Program-made: the position numbers and the translations under genes
Part shown: one piece after another, positions 22,900 to 36,028 of the stretch
Layout: each line of letters begins with the position of its first letter
Position numbering within the stretch: position 1 is the first letter of the stretch
The notes under the pieces: generated by a model
The model's database searches: none
Told to the model about the DNA's origin: nothing
The model's input: only the letters and a program-made list of their open reading frames with translations
NCBI GenBank assembly: GCA_964016885.1
Contig: OZ024743.1
Span: forward strand, 184,698,001 to 184,762,000
Direction: 5' to 3'
From: Eledone cirrhosa
Taxonomy: Eukaryota
Length of the DNA stretch: 64,000 nt

Positions 22900-23412
22900 T
22901 ATTGAGAAAAATGACTACAGGCAAATTCTCTGCCAGTATGAAAAAAAATGGACAATAAAACATCAAACATTGTACTGTTACAGATGTTTCCACTGTTTTG
23001 GTTGAGAGGACTCTTCAGTTATGCAAAGGATATGACAGACCTCACTGTTGCTGGTATCCTGATAAAGTGCACCCAGTACACTCTGTAAAGTAGTTGGTGT
23101 TAGGAAGGGCATTCAGCTGTAAAAACTATGCCAAAACCAGAATGTATGTAAGTGAGATGTCACCACTTGGCCGTCTAGGAAGATAGTAGCTCTAATTGAA
23201 TACTGAATTAGTCTGATGACCTATCCAATCCATGCAAGGGTGAAAAAAAAACATGTGGAATAATGATGAAGATCATGAAATACAAAATATTTTTATAAAC
23301 TTGATTCCACAAGAAAGGAAGTGGAAGATAAATTCTTTCAAAAACCATAGGCAGTGTTTATCAGTAGAAATATAGTAAGGAAAGGGTTAAGAAAAGAGAA
23401 AAGTCAACAAAC

Positions 23413-23532
23413 CTTGGTCTTGGAAGCTGCCCAAAATTCTGTGGATTGTTCATTGGATCAAATGTCATTCCACTACCCTGTCCAAGTGGATCAAGATCCC
23501 TAGCTCCATAACTATAGGGATCAACTCGATTC
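23413..23532 (-). CDS. PSMF1: PI31 exon 5 ((R)NRVDPYSYGARDLDPLGQGSGMTFDPMNNPQNFGQLPRP)
   Basis: Acceptor ttttgttgttAG, donor AG|GTTTGT. Contains the GxxDLDP and GMxFDP motifs of PI31; phase 2-2. Confidence 0.92.
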
Positions 23533-23719
23533 CTAACAACAAAAGGTAGGTAAATAGAAAAGAAATATAAGTCATAATGGTATTGATGAGGCAGAAAACA
23601 ATGAATCAATATTTTTACCATCATGTATGTATCCTAATTGCCTTCAATAACCTGGTTGCTTTGTGCATTTCAGTTGCCCAGTGTATACCAGTTGCCTTAT
23701 GTATCCCAATTACCTTGTG

Positions 23720-26442
23720 TACAGGGTAAATGCAAGAATCATTAAACTCAGACTAGTCCTGAATAAGACAATTACCACAATAATATCAGCTTACGCACCC
23801 CAATCGGGGCTGCCAGACGAACTTAAGGATAGGTTTTACGAGTCCCTAATACACACTACTGCTCTAACAGACGACAAGGACTTCCTAATCATTGCAGGAG
23901 ATTTTAACGGACATGTAGGTAAACACTGCGACGGCTTCAATAGAGTACATGGAGGCCATGGAGTTGGCACAAGGAATGAGGAAGGATTCAGACTTCTAGA
24001 ATTCTGCGACGCCAATGACATGTCGATATGTAACACAAACTTTAAAAAACCCGACAACCACCTGATCACCTATAGATCAGGGGAGCACTCTAGTCAGTTA
24101 GATTTTATCCTCATCAGAGGACGTGACAGATGGACGGTCGTAAACACAAAAGCCTTCCCTAGTGAGGAATGTACATCCCAACATAGCTTAGTTGTCAGCG
24201 ACCTCACGGTCAGAACTAGACGAGCCCTGAAACAGAGGCCAACCTGGAGAAGAAAGATCTGGAAGCTGAAAGTCCCCTCAACCAGTAACAGATTTAAAGA
24301 TATTTTACTCAACGCCTACGACAGTAAAGAAGAACAGATAGAGACATTTAACGTAGAAGAGAACTGGGAGTTCCTAAAAAATAACTTACTAGAGGCGACG
24401 GATGAGGTTTGTGGCTGGAGTAAGACCTCAAGCAGGAGGAGAGTGACTTGGTGGTGGAACAATAAGGTAGATGAAGCAGTCAAGGCCAAGAGACAGGCAT
24501 GGAAAGAATGGAAGAACGGGGGGAGCAGGGTACATTACATAGAGACCAAGAGGACCAGAAACAGGAGGTATTCAAGATTGCGAGGCAGTGTGTCAGAGAT
24601 AGTTGTGATGTCATTGGAGAGAAGTGTATCCGGAATGATAAAGGTGAGCTTGCCCTCACAAGTGCTGAGAAGAAAGATGCATGGAAGAGTCATTATGATA
24701 GATTACTAAATGAGGAGAATGCATGGGAAGAAGAGACCCTACCCCACGTAGACCCTATAGAGGGACCAGCAGTACAAGTCAGCGGCAGCGTAGTAAGTAA
24801 GGCAATCAGAGATATGAAGATAGGGAAGGCAACCGGTCCATCGGGTATAGCTGCCGAGATGTTGAAGGCATCTGGGTCTGTAGGTCACACTATAACCACA
24901 CGTATCGTTAACCAGGTAATACTAGAGGGGGCCATACCAAAAGATTGGTGCAGTAGCATCATTGTCAACTGCTACAAAGGTAAAGGCGATGCACTAGATA
25001 GAGGAAACTATAGAGGTATAAAGTTGATGGACCAGGTCATGAAAGTAACAGAAAGAGTTATAGCACAGCTGATTAGGGACCGGGTGAATATAGACGAGAT
25101 GCAATTTGGGTTTGTACCAGGGAAAGGCACCACTGATGCGCTCTTCCTTGTGAGGCAATTACAGGAAAAGTACCTAGCTAAAAGTAAGCCACTCTACTTG
25201 GCATTTGTCGACCTTGAGAAAGCCTTTGACAGAGTTCCACGTGCAGTAATCTGGTGGGCTCTTAGAAAACTAGGAGTAGATGAATGGCTTGTGAAAGCGG
25301 TACAAGCCATGTATAGGGGAGCAGTCAGCAAAGTTAGGATTGGCAATGAGTATAGCGAGGAATTTAGCGTACAGGTTGGGGTCCACCAGGGCTCTGTTCT
25401 TAGCCCTCTCCTGTTCATCATAGTCCTGCAGGCAATAACGGAGGAGTTTAAGACCGGATGCCCATGGGAACTCCTGTATGCTGATGACCTCGCACTCATA
25501 GCTGAATCTATGGTAGAACTAGAGAATAAATTCCAAACCTGGAAGCAGGGACTAGAGAGAAAGGGCCTCAAAGTCAACATGACAAAGACTAAGGTCCTTA
25601 TAAGTAGACGAGAAAACAGAACCCAGATCCCCTCAGGGAAATGGCCTTGCTCAGTATGTAGGAAAGGTGTAGGTAGGAACTCCATTCTTTGCCCCAAATG
25701 CAAACAATGGGTACACAAGAGATGTAGCGGGATCTCAGGAAGCTTAATTAAGAATGTAGGATTCACATGCAGCAGCTGTGCTGAAACAGCAAGCAAACAG
25801 CCACAGGAAACAAGTACCACCAATCTCTGGGAGGGCCCTGTAGAAACAGTAGACAGCTTCTGTTACCTAGGTGACCGAATTAGCAGCGGAGGTGGGTGCT
25901 CAGAAAGTACAATAACTAGGGTAAGAACGGGATGGAAGAAGTTTAGGGAACTACTACCACTGCTAGCTGCAAAAGGCTTCTCCCTCAGAATGAAAGGCAG
26001 ACTGTATGATGCGTGTATCCGAACAGCGATGTTGCATGGTAGTGAGACCTGGGCGCTGAAGGTGGAAGACTTACGTAGATTAGAGAGAAACGAAGCCTGC
26101 ATGCTCCGATGGATGTGTAACAGTAATATACGTGAACGACAAAGCATAAATGAATTGAGAGAGCGACTGAGCATAAGAGGAATCAAATGCTGCGTGCAGG
26201 AGAGGCGGTTACGCTGGTATGGACATGTGATGCGTATGAAGGATGACAGCTGCATAAAAAGGTGCAGAGCACTAGAAGTTTATGGAAACCGCGGAGTGGG
26301 GAGACCCAAGATGACTTGGGATGAGGTGATAAAAGCCGACCTTACCCAACTACACCTCTCAAAGTCAATGACACATGACCGTGACTTCTGGCGTCACGCA
26401 GTAATACAGGGTACCCGACCTCCCATGGGTACATGCTGAAGC
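23720..26442 (+). mobile_element. RTE LINE, 5'-truncated: APE endonuclease + RT + PHD-like finger, one frame break (~24550)
   Basis: SAYAPQ, GDFNGHVG, QLDFIL, SQH; QFGF, FVDLEKAFDRV, GVHQGSVLSP, LYADDL; C4HC3 finger; RLRWYGHV. Confidence 0.95.
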
Positions 26443-27160
26443 ATATAAACAATATGTATTGTATCCCTGCATGTCATAGGTAACTAAAATGGTTGGCATC
26501 TGGAAGTATATCCAACTGTTAAAGCATTGCTTCAAAACGTCCCATCCAACTCATGCTATTATAGAAAAGTAGAGGTAAAAAATGCTGATGATAATCCTCA
26601 TCATCATCACCAGTATTTTGTTAACCTGCTGTACTCTACTGTACTAAACTCAAATTTCTATCTGAGAATAAACACCTTTCTCCAGAAAGAGAAGTGTTTG
26701 TTCAGCAACAATGATGCCAAAAAATATACCTGTCTTTGCGAAAAAGACTTTTTTTTAGCTCACACCTATGTAGGATTAACTGGCCTCCAACGAAGTTGCA
26801 TCTCATAGACAATTTCTCAAGTATTTTAATGACAGAGCCCCAGTCCTACCATGAAAAGCCTTCCCCCTACACCAGATGCCTATCTATAATAAGAGTTAAC
26901 ACAGTTGTGGCAGGTACTCTTTATTTCCAGCTGAGTAGACTGGAGCAATGTGAAATGAAATGTTTTGCTCAAAATGATAATGTGTCACCTGGAAGTTCAG
27001 GAATCAAATCCCTAGCTACAAGATCATGAGTTCAACACTCTAACTACAAGGCCACTTAGTCAAAAAAAACTAATATTTGAAAAAGGAACTTTATTATTTA
27101 TTATTTTAAATTACAAGTAAATGTAAGCAATTTTGTAAAGTCCTTTAAAGTATGACAAAC

Positions 27161-27358
27161 CTGAAAGGGAAATGTTGGCCTGGAGGACCTTTTGGACTAC
27201 AATGAGGAGGCGGCTTGTTGGGTTGTGAGGATTCTGGCTGCGGTCTGGTGTTTTGAGGTGTTGCTTCTGCTTTTGTATCCTTTTGTACGTCTTTGCATGG
27301 GGTAGAGAGAAGTTCATCAACAATCAATACTTTGAATGCTACAATATTCTTGTAAGCA
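27161..27358 (-). CDS. PSMF1: PI31 exon 4 ((N)AYKNIVAFKVLIVDELL...GPPGQHFPF)
   Basis: Acceptor ttgtattttcAG, donor AG|GTTTGT; 198 nt, phase 2-2. Start of the Pro-rich region. Confidence 0.88.
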
Positions 27359-27522
27359 CTGAAAATACAAGAACATAGGAATTTTAGTTCAATAAACACT
27401 GAATTCCATGACACAAAATCTCTAAACACAATGCAGCTTTATTCAATCATGAGTGTACAGGGTGCATTTTATAATGACATCAAAGGAAAAATAATAATAG
27501 CAACAAATGACGGAATGCTTAC

Positions 27523-27602
27523 TTGGGAAAAAATTTGTAATCAGGATTGACAAAGTCTTCAATTTCTATGGAAACAGAGGATAGTTTTTCATTGTCCATA
27601 TT
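27523..27602 (-). CDS. PSMF1: PI31 exon 3 (NMDNEKLSSVSIEIEDFVNPDYKFFP)
   Basis: Acceptor ttctctctctttgcctAG, donor GTAAGC; 80 nt, phase 0-2. Confidence 0.88.
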
Positions 27603-28796
27603 CTAGGCAAAGAGAGAGAAGTGAAGAAGAAATGAATAAAGATTTGTGTTTCAAAAAATTCATTATAGCTACTTGTTGAAAAAGAAACAAAAATGGAAAA
27701 AATATTCCAATATTCGAGCTTTATTTATCTAACTTATATAAAGTATTTTACTGCTTTCAGTCATTTGGCTGCGAACATTCTGGGGCACCGCCTTCAGTAG
27801 TTTTTAGTTGATTTTATCGACCTCAATACTTATCTCAACATTGTAAAATACGAGATAAAATGTAAACATTGGTGTAAGGGAGATAACTCAGTCAAACATA
27901 ATAGCAGCACGTATTTCTGTTGGACTATACCAGCCGTTGTTTAACCCACTTTGATGTAAACATATAAATACTGCCTTTGCGTTGAAGATGATCCGACGTT
28001 TTGACTATATCTTTCTCCCTTCCACCAGTCTCAGAGGCCATGAAAAGGGACATGAACATTGCCCTTCCCTTTCTAATTAAACAGTAAAGTATATAAAAAT
28101 ATTAAGTAACAAGCAATTCATTTAGATGTTTCAAGATCATATGGGGATGTTAAATATATAGGGAGCACATTTACCTATAATCTACTTCCTGGGGCTCAAG
28201 AAGGCATTTATATACATTGCAATAAATATATTAAATACTCTACTAAGCAGCATTATAAATTCATATGTGTACACAAACAGTGCTGTTTGTGTACACATAA
28301 GAACTTATAGCATACTTCAACTGCTTAGCACTAAAATTAGTAGATTCAGTTTGCTGTTACTGGTACATTTGATGGTTTTATTAAGCCTTTTGTTATATAT
28401 TTCTCCATGGATAGTAAGATATGCAAATAGCTTCTGAAAGTGATTTCAACAATAACTAAAACATGGGTCGAGCTGTTCATCTTCCTCTATCTATAGAGAA
28501 ATATGTAAATAAGACATGTTTATAAGTTTACATATAAAAATGTGTGTGTTTATATACAAATTTCTTGCAGCTTTGGGTAAATTCTGTTCTGTTGTGTACA
28601 GGTATGAATTCATAGAATAGGTACACTGTATCCCTGCATGTCATAAGAGGCAACTAATAAGGTTGGAATTAAGAAGGGCATCCTGCTGTGAATCATTGTC
28701 TTTAATCATCATATCCAACCAATGACAGCATGAAAAAGTGGACAGGATTATGATGAAATGGACAAACAAAATGTAGGTAATGTATATGAATCTTAC

Positions 28797-28946
28797 CATC
28801 AGATTTAACGACAAAAAATTTTCAATTAGAATAGCTTTCAACAGGAAATGTTCTACTTTCCCACTTTCTGATTTTCTGCAGTAATTAAGTATATATATAT
28901 CTTGTGAATTGTTCCAACCTTGAGGCAACAGTTCAGAACCAACATC
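28797..28946 (-). CDS. PSMF1: PI31 exon 2 (DVGSELLPQGWNNSQDIYILNY...LLKAILIENFLSLNLM)
   Basis: Acceptor tttttttttcAG, donor ATG|GTAAGA. SELLPxGWN and LLKAI motifs of the FP domain. Confidence 0.93.
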
Positions 28947-29139
28947 CTGAAAAAAAAAATTCAGCACTATATATTCATATCATTATCTGAAGCAGTATTT
29001 TCCAAAGTTGGTTCAATGAAAACATTCTGGGTTCTGCAAGATAAAGTGTTTTTTTCATAAAATTTAATATTACTTATTGGCTTTTTTTTTAATATGTCTC
29101 TCAAAAACAATTTTTGTTTCATGCAATATCTTATTTAAT

Positions 29140-29384
29140 CCTTTTGATACCAAACTGCCTGAAACCATCCTTGGTTCTACAAGACAATGTTATATATTTT
29201 AAAGTGCTTAAATTTATTTGAAAACCTTCCATCATAGATTTATGTTAGAGAATTCATTAAATTATGTTCTAAACATCAGATAAATAATGAGCAAATTAGT
29301 TATATCACTAAATGCTTCAAAATTCTCGATCATTTTCAAAATTATTTGAAAATAATAGACAGTGTAAATATAGTAATGAAAGGG
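29140..29384 (+). mobile_element. piggyBac-type MITE
   Basis: TTAA-tccttttgatacc ... aatgaaaggg-ttga; body shared with 20073-20320. Confidence 0.72.
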
Positions 29385-30944
29385 TTGAATATGAGTGTTG
29401 GTGATTAGTCATAAAATATAGGTTCTGTGATTTTTGGAAAATCTTATGAGGATTCTGTGACAAAATACATTTGGGAGCCACTAGACTTTGCAATGATTGC
29501 ATCAGTCTTGACTGAATTAAACTCAGTTATTGACACTCTGTTCATCAGTTCTAACATTATTTGTAGTGAATGTATCACTAAAAAATGAAATTTACAGCTC
29601 ACACCTATGTAGATTTAGCTAACCTCCTGTAAGGTTGCATCTCAGAGATTTCTTGGTTGTTTTAATGACAGAGGCTCCAGTAATATCAAGAGAAGCAATG
29701 TGAAATGAATTGTCTTGCTCAAGAACTTAACAAATCATCTGGTCCAGGAATGAAACCCGTGTTCTTATGATCATAGGTCCAACACTCAAACCACTAGGCC
29801 TCCTGTATCATTAATAAGTTATATAACCCAGATTTGTCAGGCTGGCTGAGAACAGATTTCTTTTGTTTTAATCTAACGTCATATATTTCCTTTATTTACT
29901 AGCCTGAGAAACAGGTGTGATGCCTATAACTGTAGCAAGCCTTTTTAGAGTGAAGAGTAGGAGTGAGGTTGATGTGTGGAATTTTGAAGTGCAGTTTTTG
30001 TATTGAAAAGACGAGTTGGAAAAGAGATTCAGAATGATAAAGTTATTGAAAGAAATGTTATCAAAGGCTGTATGAAACACAGTAAGGATAGTGAGAAATA
30101 GGATAAGAAGAATGCCTGGCTAAGAATGTGAATTACAGATACACAGACATTTTGTGGAAGCGCAAATTGAACGAAAAGCACAGATAGGCTGGAGTTTGCT
30201 TTGCAATTTGTTCTAAAATATTTAAGAAGTTGGAACAGATTCCTATCCATATAAACAGCCAATTAATAACTCTACATTTGCATTGCAAAGCTAAGTTGTT
30301 TGCTACTCTAATAGTGCCCCTGCTCAAACTCTTCTCTCTAAATCATAGCATATTAACTAATATGGCGTGTGAGTTTGTATATTTATACATAACTCCCTCT
30401 GTAACTCTTTGTATCCAAGAAAACATGTCTACAACCAAGCGTACCATTTTCTGTTTGGTTTTTGCATTCACATTGTGTGGATCTTCCCTGCTGCTATCAC
30501 CAAGACATTTTTTCTTAAGATATCTAATGGTATTTGAACTTTACTATTTAAATATCATTAATATTTGGAAATAGAAATATGTGAGTGAATTTGATACTAA
30601 TATTATTAAAAAGCATTTCTTTCTTGGTTAAAATTTATTTCTTAATGTGCAGCATCTATAAGTGCTGTCAGTACAGTGAGCATATATGATATGCTCACAT
30701 CTAATTTAAATATCCTGGACTCCAAAAATTAAATTATTATCTGTCATATAATTGGTGTAGGCTTGACAACTGGTGATTAGTGTACAAGAAAGAAGCAGCA
30801 AAATTGAATAAGAATCAACTAGATTGAAATTGTAGGACATTATGTTTTCAAACATTACTTTGAAACAAAATAATTTTTTGTCAGTTGTACATTCAAAATT
30901 AAAATGAACTGACATTGACTACAATAACAGTTTGTTAATTTAGT

Positions 30945-31352
30945 TTCATGTGCAGTGCAATGCTGCATGATAGTGAAACATGGGCAGTGACTGCAGAGGA
31001 CATGTGCAAGCTGGAGAGAAATGAAGAAACTATGCTTCGGTGGATGTGCAATGTAAATGTGAGACAAAAGCAGAGCTTGGATGAACTGCAAGAGAGAAGA
31101 CTGCATTGGTATGGACATGTGATGCACATAGACGATAGCTGGGTGAAGAAGTGCCAGGAAATTCCAGTGGAGGGAAGCCACAGTAGAGGTAGACCAGAGA
31201 AGGCCTGGGCAGATGTGGTGAAAGCTGCTCTTAAATTGCTGAGACTCACAGAGGAGATGACAAAGGAACGTGGCGAGTGGAGAGATGATGTGTTGAAAAG
31301 GACCCATCTAATCCATGCAAGCATGGAAAAACGGACATAAAAACGATGATGA
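30945..31352 (+). mobile_element. RTE LINE 3' fragment with (GAT)n tail
   Basis: SAMLHDSETW...RLHWYGHVM...RGRP. Confidence 0.88.
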
Positions 31353-31539
31353 TAAATTGTATAAATAACATTTATAATTCTAACAGAATGAAAATATACA
31401 CACAAATAATATATACAATACTTAATTACTTCAATATTTCACATGAAAATATAAAATCAAAATGAAAGAAAATATTAATTCAGCACTAAGTGTGTTAATT
31501 GTTCACACACCAAAAGGGGTGCCAAAGTCTCCCTCAAAT

Positions 31540-33790
31540 ACTTTTTGAGGCAAGCCAATACACTCACAGCATTACCACAGGTGATAGGCTAATGTGCTGG
31601 AACAACCTGATACTTTGGTAAAGCAAGCCACCAATTATGACAAGAACAACCTTGTCAGCAGCCCAGCTCTTCCAAATGTTTCAAATGCCACAAGCTGGAA
31701 AAAATAGTTTGCTGATAATTCCCAGTATTTTAGAATTCTATTCCATCACTTTTACTACAGTATCCAGGATGTGGGAAGGAGCAAAAAAGTCACTGACTGT
31801 GGCATCCCAAATGAGACATCTACCTCTTACCCATGGACAAAAGATAAAACCATCTGTTTTCTTCCTAACAACTCTGGATAATCCAGTCAGCTCCAAAATT
31901 GAGTGGATATTTACCCAAGCCAGGGTCTGTTTAATAATTAAGTTTAGCTCAGTATGGCAAGCAAAACAACCTGCATTCAGGCAGCAAGGCAAATCACGAA
32001 GACCCGAGGAGTCAAGGGGCCTACCACAGTGACATCTCAGTTACCCATAAACATAAGATGTAGGGCTCATCCAGACAGTAGGTCACCGATGTTGGTCATG
32101 GGCAGGGCATCAATCCAGTTACCCAAGAATTTTACACTTATACCACCTTGAGAATTGATCAAAGAGAGAGTTGAAAGTGTCTCTCGAATGCAAATTGTCA
32201 TCAAAAACTCTGTTTCAGTCTATCCTCCTCTGTAACAGGAACTGACAAAACTAGCTCCCTCCACTGTAGTAGAGCTTCATCCATCTCCTTGATGGAGCAA
32301 GTCCATGTTGGAAAGGAGAGAATGTTAGCCACCAAAGGGGAGCAAGCATGGATGGCGGAAAGAAAGCAGGAAAGAGATGAGCATGTATGCAGACATAGGT
32401 TCCCAAATCATTTAAGCAATGCAGCCAGGTCATGAGACTCTGGAGAGAGTCTGACATTGATCAAGCATTCAAGTTTAGCAAAGATTGGACTGTCAAAAGG
32501 TTGGAGAGACAACAAGAATCTATAAGATGGACTGACTTTGAGCACATTCAATAACTTACGAATCGATAGGTAATTTCTAAGTATGAAAAAAAAATTGATG
32601 GGGCTCAATTACCTCAATATTTTTTAGTCATTGCTTGAGGTTAGTCATCTTGGATAGAAAAATGGGTTAAAAATCTAGGTTAGTAATTGGGGCTCCTGGG
32701 GAGTACCATGCCAATGAGGGAGGGACCACGATAAACAGTTGTACAGTTTGCTGATGAGAAGCAGGGTGGTTGAGGAGCCAGAGCTCGCATGTGGAGCTGC
32801 TGACTTGGAGGCCCCTACGACCAAGTTCCTCAATCATTGTTTACCCAACCCTAGCTAAGTATGGGGGAAGTTCTGCAGACAGGCACTCTGAGACTGATGA
32901 CAGATATTTTTGCTGTGAGCTGTTGCAGAGTACACCCAACTGCTATGGGGCAGAGGTCGCCATTGGGATTTGTGAAGCCAAACAGTTTAGCTTAAAAAAA
33001 CTAGGGGTGAATATAGAGGACACCCTTAGATGAGAAATTGTTCACAAACTGGATCAGATTCTCCAAGAGCTTGAGGCAGGCATCACTGGCCGACAGGAAG
33101 ATACGTTCCTTAAGATACCGGGGTCATAGACCATCAATCACTGCTCTAGAACCCACAGGAAAGGATGCAATTGCCTTCCTGATGTTATCCAAGGTGAAAA
33201 CTGGTTGTAAATAACCTGGTGGATTGGACCAGTGTAAACAGCCATCCAGAGGGGCTGGAGGAGGTTTTTCTCTCGATCGTTTGAGAGAATCTGTATTACA
33301 CTGAGCAAGGGAAGAACAGCCCCTTTAATGTCAAATTCGCTGAATTTGGCACTGACAGCTTTCTTTAGCTTTGGTGAAAGTCCATTGCTTGGAACCGTGC
33401 TGATTTCCGACCTGAGATGAACAGTGGTTGGGGTGGACTTAAACAACTCAAGCTATCATTTTAGGGAAGATGTGAGGGAACCAATTTTCACATTAAGCTC
33501 ATAGAGAGAAACAAGAGGGAATAAGAACAGTTTCTGTCAATCCGATGTGTTAGAGAAACGTTCTTCAGCAATTTGAACAGAGCATGAACAAAACAATTCC
33601 AAGCTCCCTTTGGTTATGGGCTTCAACAGGAAGCTGGTGTTTGGAGCAAGGTTCTGCTCTGTGAAGTATGTCGGAGTAACATAGCATGGGTTACAAGTCC
33701 AGTTTGAAAAATTCTCGACTACAACCTAAGAAATACCCATGCAACTCTTGTGATAGCTTTAGCAACACAAGTGGCATTTGATAGTCTTCA
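31540..33790 (-). mobile_element. Degenerate CRE-like non-LTR retrotransposon
   Basis: GRCLIWDATVSD, LNLIIKQTL, AVSAKFSEFDIKGAV and an N-terminal Cys/His cluster (~33690-33790); many disablements. Confidence 0.75.
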
Positions 33791-34509
33791 AATTGCAACT
33801 TGTGTGGATCGAGAGAATGTAATTTGGTATCAGATTTAATTGATGAATTATATAGCTGGAAATTTATTGAACAAAACTTATAGTGATGAAAATATTAAAA
33901 AAGAATAAAAACAAAAATTAAGAAATGAAAAAAAAAAGAGGGAAAAGAGGAAGGATTAAAGAAGAGCAGATCTGGCTGTATATGAAAGTAAAGGAATATA
34001 AATGCCATAAATGAGAGGAAAAAGAAGAGAAGTGCAAGAACTACAAGGCACGAAAGGGGGAAGGGGAGAGGGTGGTAGACCCTACACCTTGGTCAGAGCG
34101 GTGTTTCGGCTATACAGGGTCTGAGAACGCCCTGAAGTCTAGATGGCAATTGGTCAAAAAGGAAGCGGCTGGGCAAGCCCCTGTATTTGCCTGTCTTCCT
34201 GTTCTCTGCATTGAGGGCCACCGTATCGGGGTTTGTGGCCGAAACAACTAAGTTGGGGGCGGAGAACATGTCACAGTATGCCGCGTCCCAGATGAGGGAT
34301 TGATATCAGAACTTTAGTTACCTATTCTATCACTCCGTCCAAGGAGCGAATAATGAGGGGCATAGATGATGGCATCGCCAAATGTATAGAGCAATGCGAG
34401 GGACATCTGATAATTTGTTTGCTATATATCTGCAGTAGATTATTTGGTGGAGTATGAACAAGTATTCATTCTTCGATCACATTTCTTCCATAATAAATAA
34501 TATAAAGAT

Positions 34510-34700
34510 TAAAATACGTTTTGTATAGTGTATTTTGTAATTTACGTCGTTAAAATTATCTGTATATTAAAATGTGTTTAATATGAGGTATTTTGTTAAT
34601 TTACGTCGTTAAAATTATTTATTAGCATATTAAACTGTGTTTTGTAATTTACGTTGTTAAAACTATTTATAACACAAAGTGAGTGTATTTTGTAGTTTTT
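34510..34700. repeat. Degenerate ~50-60-bp tandem repeat, ~3 copies
   Basis: ttttgtaatttacgtcgttaaaattat recurs at ~34533, 34591 and 34640. Confidence 0.7.
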
Positions 34701-35232
34701 GGATCTGAAATGAACATACTATCAACATACTCATGAATTGACTTTTATTTTTAACGTATCAATAACAAAAGAAAGCCAGTTTGTGTAAGAGACCAAAAAG
34801 CTGACACTCTTGTACGAACGCCAGTTTTTTTTTTGTTTTTCCTTTTTAGCTTTAAATATGTAAGTCGTGTCAAACTTAATGAATTGTCTAGTCAATCATA
34901 ATGTCATTCATATACAGGATATTTTATAAGAATATAGAATCAATATCTGTACTTAACTGGTTCTTTATTTTATCACCTCTCCCCGTCGATGCTAACTAAA
35001 TAGCGCAGGTATTTTGTCCGACGGTCTATTCTGCCAATTGTTATTGTGTTGATAGTTAGTAACTAATGTAGAAACAAAAATTAATTTTATTTCTTCCCTT
35101 CCACAAAATCAAGTTTTCATTCATTTATATTATCTAAATTAACGACGAAACACACATAACACTTATCTGGCAAGATTTCACTCTTTGAAACTAAACCCAC
35201 CTTAGAAATAAAAACAAGCTGAACATCGCAAG

Positions 35233-35450
35233 GTGTTGAAGTATCGGTTTTTTTCTGATAGGTTCATCATCAAATCTATAGCAGTGGAAACTTCTGGCAT
35301 CCTGGGTTACCGATCATCCCCCTACTCAATGCTCTCGGGACGGAGATGGTCACCCGCAAGGAAAAGCCCGCAAATTGAACAGGTTTTTTTAACGGATTTC
35401 CCTCGCTATCCTTTGTGTAACGCTTTTCCAATTGTCAACTGGGACCCATG
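35233..35450 (+). mobile_element. CRE-like LINE 3' fragment
   Basis: KYRFFSDRFIIKSIAVETSGILG matches the element at 17030-18245. Confidence 0.7.
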
Positions 35451-35791
35451 AGGCAACACCCACCCGAGGTTTTGCCTCTGAGACACAGGGTGAACGAAAA
35501 TACGTGACAACCTTTTGATGATTGATTCGTACTGTTACTGTTTGTCACTACCATTACACAAAGTGACTTCAAAAGAAAGCTCAGAATTGTCTATATTTAC
35601 AAAATGAAATACTTCCTGGATGCCATTATAGTTTTATTACAGCACATTTCTGTCTCGACCTGCCTTTAACATGTTCATAAAGCTACATAATCTGAAGTGT
35701 AGAGAAAAAGTTCATGTATTTCTCAAGAAATGCATTAGCAATGTTCCATATGACAACAACACTATGAAATGTAAACATAAACATAAACAAC

Positions 35792-35923
35792 CTGTTCTTT
35801 GGAACTTGAGCATTTAAATCCATTTCCGATTAATTCCCAATGTAACAAACAAACGGCTGCATCTTGGATCGACTTGAGCTCTACGCTACGAAACAGCAAT
35901 TCCAAACCTGGATGGTCTGCCAT
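35792..35923 (-). CDS. PSMF1: PI31 exon 1 (MADHPGLELLFRSVELKSIQDAAVCLLHWELIGNGFKCSSSKEQ)
   Basis: aagATGG start context; GLELLF and DAxVCxLHWEL..G motifs of the PI31 N-terminus; donor CAG|GTTGTT. The seven exons total 759 nt = 252 aa + stop. Confidence 0.93.
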
Positions 35924-36008
35924 CTTATTAGCAACCAAAGGACGATATAAAGCAGCTAAAATTCTACTCAAGATGGTGACGTTTTCATATCTGTTCCGTA
36001 AACATACA

Positions 36009-36028
36009 GTGATGACGTCATCACCAAT
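36009..36028. promoter_or_regulatory. PSMF1 proximal promoter: palindromic CRE (TGACGTCA) plus CCAAT
   Basis: 16-bp palindrome gtgaTGACGTCAtcac directly followed by ccaat, ~90 bp upstream of the ATG. A YY1-like AAGATGGC overlaps the start codon. Confidence 0.6.

Noticed and set aside
23213-23225. Isolated CTGATGA hits (also ~26585, 40988, 41313, 60440)
   Set aside because: No stem II-GAAA-stem III/I arrangement follows, so not hammerheads; no box C/D pairing either.
25194-26255. Antisense ORFs over RTE copies (also 42963-43687, 46301-47025, 52660-53805, 54974-57395)
   Set aside because: Shadow frames of the RT ORF; they recur only because the element is repeated.
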